In this document: piece by piece, positions 9,044-18,186 of the stretch | Layout: the number at the start of each line of letters is the position of its first letter | Position numbering within the stretch: the first letter of the stretch is position 1 | From: Candidatus Hadarchaeota archaeon | GTDB lineage: Archaea > CAYQAE01 > CAYVLA01 | DNA length: 54,547 nt | Direction of reading: 5' to 3' | Assembly (NCBI GenBank): GCA_964621445.1 | Contig: CAZUNO010000020.1 | Coordinates: 1-54,547, forward strand | The notes under the pieces: generated by a model | Told to the model about the DNA's origin: nothing | Databases searched by the model: none | Seen by the model: only the letters and a program-made list of their open reading frames with translations | Program-made: the position numbers and the translations under genes

Positions 9044-10774
9044 CTAACTTTTTCTTTTGTCAAGGTATCGACATGCAAACAGAAACGGTAACAGGGATAG
9101 GATTCCGCAGAGCAGGGATTCCCCAATTGTCTTTTGCCATTCGGCAAGGCCTGCAAGAAGGTAGATTCTTCCTTCTCGCCATGAACCTTCGGAGAGTAGG
9201 CGAGCTCCAACCTTGATTTTGAGGCTCGATTTGGGTGGAGGATCATCGAGCAGAGGAAGGATTTCATCGAAAATCACTTCATATGATTGGTTTATGGGAC
9301 CTGCAAGAACGGATTTGGCCCGGTGGTATTCACCGCGTTCCACATGTTCCTCGCAAATCTGGATGGTCTTCCCCTGTTTACCTATATCAATTCCCAACTG
9401 GGTTGACCAAAGTTCCAGCTGCTGGAGTTCCTCTATCATCCCCTGGACCTCACTGGCCAGTAGATCCTCTCTGGATAATCCCTGGATTATACAGGGGAGA
9501 TGGGATTGGCTGAGGTCAGAGATTCGAATTATCTTCTGGCTTAGATTTTCCGCCACGTAGTTGATCTCCGTGGTGTTCGTGCAGAGGGTGATATTTTCAG
9601 AGACTATATGACCGAGATGATGGGCCTCAAGGAGGGCCGAGGTGTTTTGGGGTCCAAGAAAGGGCCTGGCTCTCACACCCGGGTAGATGTAGGACTCAGG
9701 GAGCGGATGGGCGGTTGAGGCGTTGAAGAATATGTGTTTATGAACCAGCTGGTAGGCCTTCGCATATGACAGCCTGTCAGCTCGTTGGAAGGGGTCATGG
9801 TGCTGGTAGACCCAGAACAATCCCTCGTGCCTGGCTGCCTGCTCCATGTTATCGATAAGATCAAAGGGATCGTGTTTCACGGTCCAGAAGCCCGGGATGA
9901 GAACGCCATTCAGCATCCCGGAATTTTGTGACCACCACTCCTTCTGTTTTTGGTAATCGATGCTATTGTAGCTCTCATATGATTGTTCCGACCAGGCGGT
10001 TACCGGGGCCGTCGAGCAGTTGAAGCCCTTCAGTATGTTGGTAATTATCCAGGTTTGTTGGAACCATAGCGTCCCCAGTGAGAGGTTTGGGTTTATGGCG
10101 TGGGCTTTCTCGGCGGTGGTCATCGCCATTTCGTACAGCTTCTTTTCCTGCCATTCCTCGAAATCGTCCACCAAGTCCATTTGGGCCAGGAATTGGTGAC
10201 GTTCGCTCGGGGATAGATTAGGAAAGTCCCTTCCCATATCATCTGCGAATTCATGGAAAGCCTGACGGTCGTAGCTATACATGTTGGTTCTCCATTTCTT
10301 ATCCTCTGACCTTCTGTAAGGCTCCATATCCCAGACCATGCCCCAGATCGGGTATTTGAGGGAAAGATTGGCTATGTGAAGCGTGCATTTTTCGACCCAT
10401 TCCCGCCAGTAGACCTCGTCCACCGGCGAGGGTTCCCTTGGCTCTTGGAAACCATCCCTGGTAACCACCCTCGTATAATTGAATAGAAGTCTCGGGTCTC
10501 CCTTTTCGTAAGCCGCTCCGTCATAGTGTTCATCCAGGATGAAGGTGATATTCTCTGCGGCACACTGAAGGCTTTCCACCTCCACGATACTTTGAACCCC
10601 TTTACGGGACCTGCAGTTAATTGGCCTGTATAAGGCGTCGAACCCGACTGAAGCCAACTGGGAAGCATTCCATCTCCCGTACATAGCCCGTGAAAAGGGC
10701 ACTGATGAGGCGATAGCCGGACATATGATCATTAGGGAGGTTAATGTGATGGCTAAGGCGGGGTTGGCGTTCAC
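9044..10774 (-). CDS. Secreted, membrane-anchored hypothetical protein with a possible TIM-barrel glycoside-hydrolase-like domain; paralog of 34432..36210
   Basis: Signal peptide, many NxS/T sequons, C-terminal IGE + TM + basic tail. Shares FSRAMYGxW, PSPxDE, ANLSLxYPIWGxVWDxExY, FNxSTAPVTAWxE and NLSQK with the paralog. Confidence 0.75.
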   Translation of the reverse strand: MNANPALAITLTSLMIICPAIASSVPFSRAMYGRWNASQLASVGFDALYRPINCRSRKGVQSIVEVESLQCAAENITFILDEHYDGAAYEKGDPRLLFNYTRVVTRDGFQEPREPSPVDEVYWREWVEKCTLHIANLSLKYPIWGMVWDMEPYRRSEDKKWRTNMYSYDRQAFHEFADDMGRDFPNLSPSERHQFLAQMDLVDDFEEWQEKKLYEMAMTTAEKAHAINPNLSLGTLWFQQTWIITNILKGFNCSTAPVTAWSEQSYESYNSIDYQKQKEWWSQNSGMLNGVLIPGFWTVKHDPFDLIDNMEQAARHEGLFWVYQHHDPFQRADRLSYAKAYQLVHKHIFFNASTAHPLPESYIYPGVRARPFLGPQNTSALLEAHHLGHIVSENITLCTNTTEINYVAENLSQKIIRISDLSQSHLPCIIQGLSREDLLASEVQGMIEELQQLELWSTQLGIDIGKQGKTIQICEEHVERGEYHRAKSVLAGPINQSYEVIFDEILPLLDDPPPKSSLKIKVGARLLSEGSWREGRIYLLAGLAEWQKTIGESLLCGILSLLPFLFACRYLDKRKS

Positions 10775-10828
10775 AAATTAGTATGTCTCTGGACACATTA
10801 TAAATTATCGACCATTTCCAGTGCTGGT

Positions 10829-11764
10829 TCAATAGTTCAAGATACCCTTTTCCCTCATCCATTCAAGGTTCCTGCGCAGAGCCTCTTGCAGATCTGTCAC
10901 GGGATGGAAACCAAGATCTCTTTTTGCCTTTGAAATGGAAACACACATGTGTTCGCACACGAATCTCAGGCCTGATGTCCCGGACTCGAAGTATTCCGGG
11001 TACTGAGCCAGGATTTCATCCAAATCCAAATGCTCGATCTCCGAGGAGGATCCCATGATGTCCATGATTAGGGAGAGATAGGAATTCAGGGTGACCGACC
11101 GCTCCCTGGAGATGTTGTAAATATGGCCCTTCGAGTTCGGGTTCTCAAGGGCAAGGCAGAATGCATCTCCCAGTTCCTCCACATAGCCAGGTTGGAGCAG
11201 CGCACGTCCATCATTTGGGACGATGACTTTCTCACCCCGGGAAATCCTCCTGAAATAGTTTGGATCACGCCCTCCCCACAGGTCAAGTGGAATATCACCA
11301 GGACCCTGGATATTGGAAGGACGCATGATGGTCGCTGGAAATCCGGAATCCCTGTAGGCGTCCAAAAGCACCTGGTCCTGTTCCAACTTCTTTTCAAATC
11401 CTCCCAGCTCTGTAGGCGGATCACATTGGTCGTCTTCACTGGCAGGTATTTTTTTCATGGGGGTATAGACACCGGTTGAGCCACAGTGAACGTAATGGCC
11501 GATCTTGCCTTCCAATAGCGGTATGATGAACCTCAGGTCCTCGGCCTGGAGTATGGTGTCCATCACCGCGTCGAGATCGGTTTCCCTAATAAAGGAGGAC
11601 ATCTCTCTCCGGTCATTCTTGTCCAAAAAGACCTCCCTCATTCCATCGGCCTCAAATGACGTCTGTCCCCTGTGGACGGAGATCACTTCGTGTTCTCTTC
11701 TTAGTAGGCCCTTTACTATTGCCCTTCCCAGAAACCTAGTTCCACCGATTATTGCTACCCTCAT
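10829..11764 (-). CDS. NAD-dependent epimerase/dehydratase (atypical SDR)
   Basis: IIGGTRFLG Rossmann motif, HRG, STGVY, IMRPSNIQGP, HIYNIS. The YxxxK position reads FEKKL. Confidence 0.88.
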   Translation of the reverse strand: MRVAIIGGTRFLGRAIVKGLLRREHEVISVHRGQTSFEADGMREVFLDKNDRREMSSFIRETDLDAVMDTILQAEDLRFIIPLLEGKIGHYVHCGSTGVYTPMKKIPASEDDQCDPPTELGGFEKKLEQDQVLLDAYRDSGFPATIMRPSNIQGPGDIPLDLWGGRDPNYFRRISRGEKVIVPNDGRALLQPGYVEELGDAFCLALENPNSKGHIYNISRERSVTLNSYLSLIMDIMGSSSEIEHLDLDEILAQYPEYFESGTSGLRFVCEHMCVSISKAKRDLGFHPVTDLQEALRRNLEWMREKGILNY

Positions 11765-11857
11765 TTGCTTTCATTCTACCCCCTGATCGTAAATTTGTTT
11801 GCCAGGAAATAGAGAAGAAGGGACAATTCTTTATGTGTACAATAGACAGGACTATCC

Positions 11858-12877
11858 ATGAAGGATATCGGAACCGGCTTGGTCGAGTATAAGCCTGGGA
11901 AATGCTTCAATAGTTATACCTTCTTTCCCCCCGACCACGGGCGATATCTCTACCTCATGGACATGAAAGGAAGGATCGTCCATCAATGGGAAGTTCCTCG
12001 CGTGCATTTTGCCAAACTGCTACCAAGAGGGAACCTCTTACAAGATACGAGGTTCGATGATGATTATCCCCGCGGGGTGAGGGAATGCAATTGGGAGGGC
12101 GAAGAGGTATGGTTTTACCCCTGTCGCATACACCACGATGCCCAACGACTTGACAACGGGAATACCATCATGTTGTGCCATGAGAATATCTATAATCCCC
12201 GGGTATACGATGGCATCTGCACCAAAAACTCCATTCTGGTGGAGGTTGATCCGGATGGAGAGATTGTGTGGCTTTGGCATTCGGATAGACATATCGAGGA
12301 ATTGAAGCGACTTTTGGATATCAGCTTTCCCCGGAGCGAGATGGATTGGACCCATTCCAATACCGTTCAGGTCCTGCCACCAAACGGTGCCGAAAATAAG
12401 GACTCAAGGTTTGCTGAAGGTAATGTGCTCATAAGTCATCGAAACCTGGACACCATCGCCGTTATTGACCGGGAAAGCCACGAAATATTATGGGCCTGGG
12501 GGAAGGACGAGCTTGATTACCAGCACTCTTCAATCATGCTTCCTACCGGTAACATCCTGATTTTTGATAACCGGCCACATGGTGATTACTCCCGCGTGGT
12601 TGAGGTGGACCCAGTGGAGGAAAAGGTGGTATGGGAATTCAAGGATGATCCACCCCAAAATATGCATGCAAAATATCTGTCGGGACAACAGAGACTACCA
12701 AACGGCAACACGTTCATATGCGCCGGGGGGACCGAGGACGGAAGGCTGTTAGAGGTGACCCCGGATGGAGAGGTGGTTTGGGACTTTAGAAACCCGTGGG
12801 CGGGTCGGGCGGATGGCCGTCGCGAGATCTACCGGGCATATCGATATACGCCCCAGCAGATAGAGCCCTTGCTCTGA
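11858..12877 (+). CDS. Aryl-sulfate sulfotransferase (ASST) family beta-propeller
   Basis: HHDAQRLDNGN, DWTHSN, LISHRN, QHSS...LIFDN, SGQQRLPNGNTFI, LLEVTPDGEVVW, IYRAYRY. Confidence 0.85.
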   Translation: MKDIGTGLVEYKPGKCFNSYTFFPPDHGRYLYLMDMKGRIVHQWEVPRVHFAKLLPRGNLLQDTRFDDDYPRGVRECNWEGEEVWFYPCRIHHDAQRLDNGNTIMLCHENIYNPRVYDGICTKNSILVEVDPDGEIVWLWHSDRHIEELKRLLDISFPRSEMDWTHSNTVQVLPPNGAENKDSRFAEGNVLISHRNLDTIAVIDRESHEILWAWGKDELDYQHSSIMLPTGNILIFDNRPHGDYSRVVEVDPVEEKVVWEFKDDPPQNMHAKYLSGQQRLPNGNTFICAGGTEDGRLLEVTPDGEVVWDFRNPWAGRADGRREIYRAYRYTPQQIEPLL

Positions 12878-12984
12878 TCCGGATGAGGAAAGCTCTTTGG
12901 ATGAATGTTCTCTTCGGTCCATGAAGTGGATGCCTGCCTACTCTTGATATCGCAATGTACCGTGGAATTGTCATCTTGACCCGA

Positions 12985-14466
12985 TTATGGATCTTCCTGG
13001 AAAGGAAGAGGTTCGTCCCTTCCCTTTATTGCCTGTAAAATTCTTGGCAGGGTCTTGGGCAGGCCGGAGGCAATCCGCGCCAGGTCCGCTGCGGCCCGGA
13101 TCGTGTTGCCATTTTTTACCTTTGCTTTTGCCTTCTTGATATTGTGGTTGGTCCTGCCCCAGCTTCTTATGTAATCTCTTGCCAAGGATATATCATCCCT
13201 CGAGAACCTGGGGTAACTGATAACAGGAGTCTGGGAATCCAGATGATTGGGGTCCTCGTCAACGAGCCAGCCTTCTTTCTTTGCCCGAGCCATAAAGGGC
13301 GTACCTGGATAGGGCGTGGCCACGGAGACCAAAACTGCGTCGGGGTCTAGACGCTGCAAAAAGGTAGTGGTTGCCTTTACCGAGTTCCAGCTTTCACCAG
13401 GGAGACCCACCATGACCTGTGCGCTGGTAAGGAGTCCTTCCTTCTTGGAGTTCCTGAACCCCCTCTCGACCCTTTCCATGCTGGAGGCCACCTTTCCAAC
13501 AGTTTGGAATATCCGGGGATCACCGGTCTCCACTCCCATCTCAACCCTCAAGCACCCGGATTTCTTCATCTCGCGGCTAAGCTTGGAGGTCATTGCATCG
13601 GGCCTGACCTCTGCAATCCACTCTATGTCGAGATCGGCCAGGTACCGGCATAGTTTGATGGACCTTCTTTCCACCAGGTTCCAGGTCTGGTCTCTGAAGA
13701 AGATTCGTTCCACTCCTAGGTCGGCAAGCTCCCTGATCTCGGCCCAAACCCGGAATGGATTTCTCCCCTGCCATCGTCTTCCGAATCCAGATGGATATGG
13801 ACAATATTCGCAGGAAAAGGGGCATCCCCGGCTGGAATATGCCGAAAAAAACCTGGATCCGTCCCCCAGGAGGTAGCAGTCCATTTCGAGAAGATGGTAG
13901 GCAGGGGTGGGGAGGGAGTCCAGATCGGTATTGGAGTCAACCCTTCTCCGTGGGGAAATTTTCCTCAGAGTCGGCCTTGTCTCGTCTTCAATTTCCTCGA
14001 GAAGGGGTACAATATAGCTCTCGATGCTGGTCGGTATGAGGGCGTCAACGGGAAAGTCAGCCAGGACCTTTTTTGATAGGTACCTGGGAACAGTTCCCCA
14101 GGCCACAATTATCGAATCGGGGATGGCTTCCCGGAGTGAGGAAACAAGAGCCGCGTCATAGCTATAGGAGGGAAGCGACGGTCTTACCAGTACTAGACCC
14201 GGTTCACCAATTCTTGCAATGAATCCTTTTAGATCTAGGTTCTCGCCCTGGCCGTCAACAATGCGGACCTCTATCCCTCTTTCTTCCAGAATAGCGGCTG
14301 CATATGCCTCCATTAGTGGCGGGTTTAGGTAGGTATTTCTATCATGTCCGTAGTCAATCCTTTTGGAATGACTATGGAACCTTCCGTACCCACCGGCCAC
14401 ACCTCTTAGCACATTCGCTCCTGGCGGACTTGGAAGATTAGCGAACACCACCGAGGGCTCGGGCAT
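12985..14466 (-). CDS. B12-binding radical SAM enzyme (class B-like)
   Basis: PPLMEAYAAAILE cobalamin-binding N-terminus, DLDSLPTPAY, SRGCPFSCEYC (CxxxCxxC), MGVETG, MVGLPGES, TPYPGT. Confidence 0.9.
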   Translation of the reverse strand: MPEPSVVFANLPSPPGANVLRGVAGGYGRFHSHSKRIDYGHDRNTYLNPPLMEAYAAAILEERGIEVRIVDGQGENLDLKGFIARIGEPGLVLVRPSLPSYSYDAALVSSLREAIPDSIIVAWGTVPRYLSKKVLADFPVDALIPTSIESYIVPLLEEIEDETRPTLRKISPRRRVDSNTDLDSLPTPAYHLLEMDCYLLGDGSRFFSAYSSRGCPFSCEYCPYPSGFGRRWQGRNPFRVWAEIRELADLGVERIFFRDQTWNLVERRSIKLCRYLADLDIEWIAEVRPDAMTSKLSREMKKSGCLRVEMGVETGDPRIFQTVGKVASSMERVERGFRNSKKEGLLTSAQVMVGLPGESWNSVKATTTFLQRLDPDAVLVSVATPYPGTPFMARAKKEGWLVDEDPNHLDSQTPVISYPRFSRDDISLARDYIRSWGRTNHNIKKAKAKVKNGNTIRAAADLARIASGLPKTLPRILQAIKGRDEPLPFQEDP

Positions 14467-14628
14467 ATGCAGTCCTGTAACCCTTCCCTGATATTTGGGT
14501 TCCTGGAATCTCTCCTTTTAACGCGATTATCAACTGTTCTGACCAGGTCTGAAGGTGGACTAACGAAATGGATGGCGAGATATTCTTCAGGAGCAATGAT
14601 TAAAAACATTCCCGGTCTAGGCTAGGGC

Positions 14629-15432
14629 ATGTTCCATGACGAGAACGCTTTCAAGATAGGGTGTCAGTCCATTGTATGGGGTTCAGATCAGATAAACACG
14701 AACCTTCCCCAAGTCCTAAACGAGATTTCTGATTGCGATTACCAGGGCGTGGAAATAGGTGCACGTCATCTGGATACATCTAAAATCCATCAGACGAAAA
14801 AGCTGCTATCGGAAAGTGGCCTTGAGCTTGTCGGTTTACATACCAATAAGGCGTGTCTAACCGAAGATGAAGCTCAAAACGGGTTCCCCGAAGGTAGGCG
14901 GATATTGGATGCAATAACCGGGCTGAATGGCGAATACATGATGATCAGTGGAGAGCCCTCACCGGAAGAGCTCCCTAACCTAAACAAACTTGGAAGCATA
15001 GCCCGGAGGATGGATGTTGAGATCTGCTACCATAATCACTACAGGGAAATCGAAGAGGACTACCGTGGATTAAGACGGGTATGTGACTCGACTGAGGCCG
15101 AACTTGTGGGCTTGGCCCTTGATCTGGGATGGGTTCATAGGGCTGGCGAGAAAGCCCAGCAGGCAATCAACGAGTTTTCGGACAGGCTGACCGTTCTCCA
15201 TTTCAAGGATGTTGTCGGTGTACTGCCGGAGGACAAGGAGGAATACTCAGGGGACCTGGTCCAAGCAGTAGAGCTGGGGGAAGGAGATCTCAACTGGGAG
15301 TCCATAGTAGATTTGCTTAGGGATATAGGTTACAATGGCTGGATAGTCGTGGAGCAGGACACCACCCAGAAGACACCCGCCGAGAGCGCCTGTCAAAGCA
15401 GGAGGTATCTTAGAGAAGCATGCGGAATTTGA
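14629..15432 (+). CDS. Sugar phosphate isomerase/epimerase (IolE/xylose-isomerase-like TIM barrel)
   Basis: YQGVE, CYHNH, LDLGW, LHFKD, ELGEG, GYNGWIVVEQD. Confidence 0.9.
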   Translation: MFHDENAFKIGCQSIVWGSDQINTNLPQVLNEISDCDYQGVEIGARHLDTSKIHQTKKLLSESGLELVGLHTNKACLTEDEAQNGFPEGRRILDAITGLNGEYMMISGEPSPEELPNLNKLGSIARRMDVEICYHNHYREIEEDYRGLRRVCDSTEAELVGLALDLGWVHRAGEKAQQAINEFSDRLTVLHFKDVVGVLPEDKEEYSGDLVQAVELGEGDLNWESIVDLLRDIGYNGWIVVEQDTTQKTPAESACQSRRYLREACGI

Positions 15433-15500
15433 ATTGTTAGCCAGTCATGGCTGATTTTTAATTACAAAGATATTTGGGGACCTTACTGAAACCATAAGGT

Positions 15501-16829
15501 ATGAAGATAGCTTATTTGCCCGTAGGTCGGGAAACCTTTGATATTAAGGCTGCAGAAAACGTTCGAGAGGAAACCATCTCATCCCTCGACAATCCCGGTT
15601 TCCAGCTTGTGGGCGGAAGCAGAATCATAACAGACCCCGAGGATGCCAGGAATTCTGCCAAAGAGGCAACGGATGAAGGGGCGAAATTGTTACTGGTTCA
15701 AACCACAACTTTCGTTGATGGGAGATTTGCGGTCGCCATATCCGAGAATTGGAAGGGACCATTGATGGTTTGGTCGGTAAAAGAACCACAAAGTGGAGGC
15801 CGCCTGAGGCTAAATTCGCTAACCGGTGCTAACCTCCTCAGCAACGCCTTCCGTTCCCTGGGTATTGGGGTTCGTTACGTTCATGGTTCACCCCTTGACC
15901 CAACCACGATGGAAAGTATATTCGATTATGCAAAGGTCTTCTCGGTTATAGAGTCGCTCGAGGGCTCGGTATTGGGTCTCTTCGGGGACGTCCCTCCGGG
16001 TTTCAGTTCGGGGGAGGCCGATGAGGTTGCCCTTGAAAGACTGTTCGGCTTGAGGTTGAAGCGGTTTGCTCTGGAAGATCTATTTCAAAGGGCGGAGGGG
16101 ATGCCAATTACACGTATCGAAGAGGCGATCGACGCTCTGGACCGGGGTGTAAAGGGTTTGGAGAGGGACCAGGCGACTGAGAACACCATGCGGGCCTATC
16201 TTTCACTGAAAGAAATCATAGAAGACGAATCACTACTGGGGGTGGCGGTTAGGTGCTGGCCCGAGTTCTTCGTCGATTTTGGAGGTGCAGCTTGTGGAGC
16301 TCTATGCCAGTTATGTGAGGATGGTTTGATGTCCGCATGCGAGGCCGATATCAATGGCCTGGTTTCCATGATAATCATATCCAAGCTTTCAGGTGGACCC
16401 GCCTATATGGGCGACCTGGTTGATGTGAATCAGCAAGAGAACTACGCCACTTTCTGGCACTGCGGGGGAGGTGGGGCATATTCACTGGCCTCAGGGGAGG
16501 TAAAGGCCATTCCCCACCCCAATAGAGAGCAGAACCTGGCCCTGGATTTCACGTTGAGACCAGGTAAGGTTACGGTAACCCGTCTCAACAGGGATCCAAC
16601 CGGATATAGGCTATTGGTGCTCGAGGGAGATGCCATTGATACCCGGGAACAGCATTATACTGGGACGACCATGGACGTGCGTTTCGGCCCGGAAATCGAG
16701 GAGGTGCTGGGATCCCTCATGAAAGAGGGTATTGAACACCATTATGCGCTGGGGTACGGGCATCTTGGAGAACCTTTGAGAGAGCTCGCTCGACAAGTCG
16801 GTCTGGAGATCGTGGACATTCCTGGATAG
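15501..16829 (+). CDS. L-fucose/L-arabinose isomerase family protein, sulfoquinovose-isomerase (SqvD/SftI)-like
   Basis: GRETFD, WSVKEPQSGGRLRLNSLTG, PPGF, RCWPEFF, CEADING, FWHCG, HPNR, EHHYAL. Family call is strong; the SQ-isomerase resemblance is from recalled motifs only. Confidence 0.82.
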   Translation: MKIAYLPVGRETFDIKAAENVREETISSLDNPGFQLVGGSRIITDPEDARNSAKEATDEGAKLLLVQTTTFVDGRFAVAISENWKGPLMVWSVKEPQSGGRLRLNSLTGANLLSNAFRSLGIGVRYVHGSPLDPTTMESIFDYAKVFSVIESLEGSVLGLFGDVPPGFSSGEADEVALERLFGLRLKRFALEDLFQRAEGMPITRIEEAIDALDRGVKGLERDQATENTMRAYLSLKEIIEDESLLGVAVRCWPEFFVDFGGAACGALCQLCEDGLMSACEADINGLVSMIIISKLSGGPAYMGDLVDVNQQENYATFWHCGGGGAYSLASGEVKAIPHPNREQNLALDFTLRPGKVTVTRLNRDPTGYRLLVLEGDAIDTREQHYTGTTMDVRFGPEIEEVLGSLMKEGIEHHYALGYGHLGEPLRELARQVGLEIVDIPG

Positions 16830-16834
16830 TTGAT

Positions 16835-17149
16835 CTAGACCTTCCCCTGCCTCTCATCGGGTATGGTGTAGACCGTGAAGGATTGTTCGGGTAGAAAATC
16901 CTCATCGCGGTGAAGGATGTATCCCGCACTTTTCATCTCACTGACACTGCTTTCCCTGGGGATATAATGGCCGAAAATCCTTCTGAAGCTAAACCATTTG
17001 GGTTCACGGTATTCAATAATGGCTATTCTACCGTCTTCACTCAGCGAGGGCTTTATCTGCTTGAAATATTCAGCTCTATTCTCAATGTGATGAGTTACAT
17101 TTCGGATGAAGATCAGGTCTATGCTCCCTTCTGAGGGATTCTTTACGGT
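16835..17149 (-). pseudogene. 5'-truncated class I SAM-dependent methyltransferase fragment
   Basis: Manual translation ...SEGSIDLIFIRNVTHHIENRAEYFKQIKPSLSEDGRIAIIEY...DFLPEQSFTVY*. There is no 5' start codon and no GxGxG motif, and an in-frame TGA lies at 17150-17152. Confidence 0.75.
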
Positions 17150-17267
17150 TCATAGCTACCGTGCCATGACGCCGGGTTTTTTCAATAATTTTCATCCAAT
17201 CATCCGAGAATGGGTTATACCGGCAAATTTAACAGAACCATAACCCTGAATCGGCCGGAGGTTCTCT

Positions 17268-18128
17268 TTGGGAATCATTAAGACCGTAGTGATTGTTGCA
17301 GGGCTTCTTCTATTGTCGGTAATGGTAATTATTCTGATTAACCAAATTCGTATTAACCGTAGAAATTCAAGATATGTAGACGAGCTTCTCGAGCAGGCAA
17401 ATGCAAGTTCCAGCGGTAGGTTCAAGGCCGATGATGTGGAGGGCTTACCGGCCCCGGTGAAAAGATACCTCAATACCGTAATTCCAGAAGATCAGCCCTA
17501 TGCGGAAAGCGTACGTCTGGAGCAGAGCGGAAAGTTCAGAATAGGGGGTCTGGACTCTCCATGGAGCGATATGACCGCCACCCAGCACTTCACTGTGGCG
17601 CCTCCAGGTTTTGTTTGGGATGCAAAGATCCGGATGTTCCCGCTGATGAATGTGAGAGTAGTTGACATGTATAAATCCGGAGAAGGATCTCTCAATGCCA
17701 AGCTGCTTTCAACGATAACCGTCGCAGATCAGAAGCCGGAACCGGAGGTTAATTCCGGAGAGTTAATGAGATATCTTGCAGAGTCCGTTTGGTTTCCCAC
17801 GGCATTGCTTCCGGACCAGGGCGTAATGTGGACTGCAGTCTCGGACGAGGAGGCCAGGGCCACGATAGAATATGGTGATACGATGGCCTCCCTCATCTTC
17901 CACTCCAATGAACAGAACCTGGTTGACCGGGTATTCTCGGATCAAAGATATAGAGAGGTAGAGGGAGAATTTGAGCCTACCTCCTGGACCGGCTTTTTCA
18001 GCAATTACCAGGAGAAAAATGGCATGCTGATTCCTCTAGACGGGATGGTGCAATGGAATTTGGAAAAGGGGAACCTAACATACTGGAAAGGGCACGTCGA
18101 CGAGATCATTCACGAGCCGGTGGACTAG
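17268..18128 (+). CDS. DUF6544-like membrane-anchored protein
   Basis: N-terminal TM; LPAPVKRYL, QHFTVAPPGFVW, NSGELMRYLAESVWFPTALLP, YQEKNGMLIP. Confidence 0.75.
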   Translation: MGIIKTVVIVAGLLLLSVMVIILINQIRINRRNSRYVDELLEQANASSSGRFKADDVEGLPAPVKRYLNTVIPEDQPYAESVRLEQSGKFRIGGLDSPWSDMTATQHFTVAPPGFVWDAKIRMFPLMNVRVVDMYKSGEGSLNAKLLSTITVADQKPEPEVNSGELMRYLAESVWFPTALLPDQGVMWTAVSDEEARATIEYGDTMASLIFHSNEQNLVDRVFSDQRYREVEGEFEPTSWTGFFSNYQEKNGMLIPLDGMVQWNLEKGNLTYWKGHVDEIIHEPVD

Positions 18129-18186
18129 ATAGGAAATCCTAGCAAAGCAGCCAACATTCTTATTGCTAAAGGGCCGTTTATTTTTC

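Noticed and set aside
12985-14466. Radical SAM enzyme as the maturase of the 46694 peptide
   Set aside because: It is 32 kb away, is of the B12-binding type, and has no visible RRE or SPASM Cys motif.
16910-17134. 74-aa plus-strand ORF, and similarly 30500..30826(-), 39546..39746(+), 46364..46690(-), 46382..46684(+) and 49785..50030(+)
   Set aside because: These have no recognisable motifs and are shadows of pseudogenes or regulatory regions.
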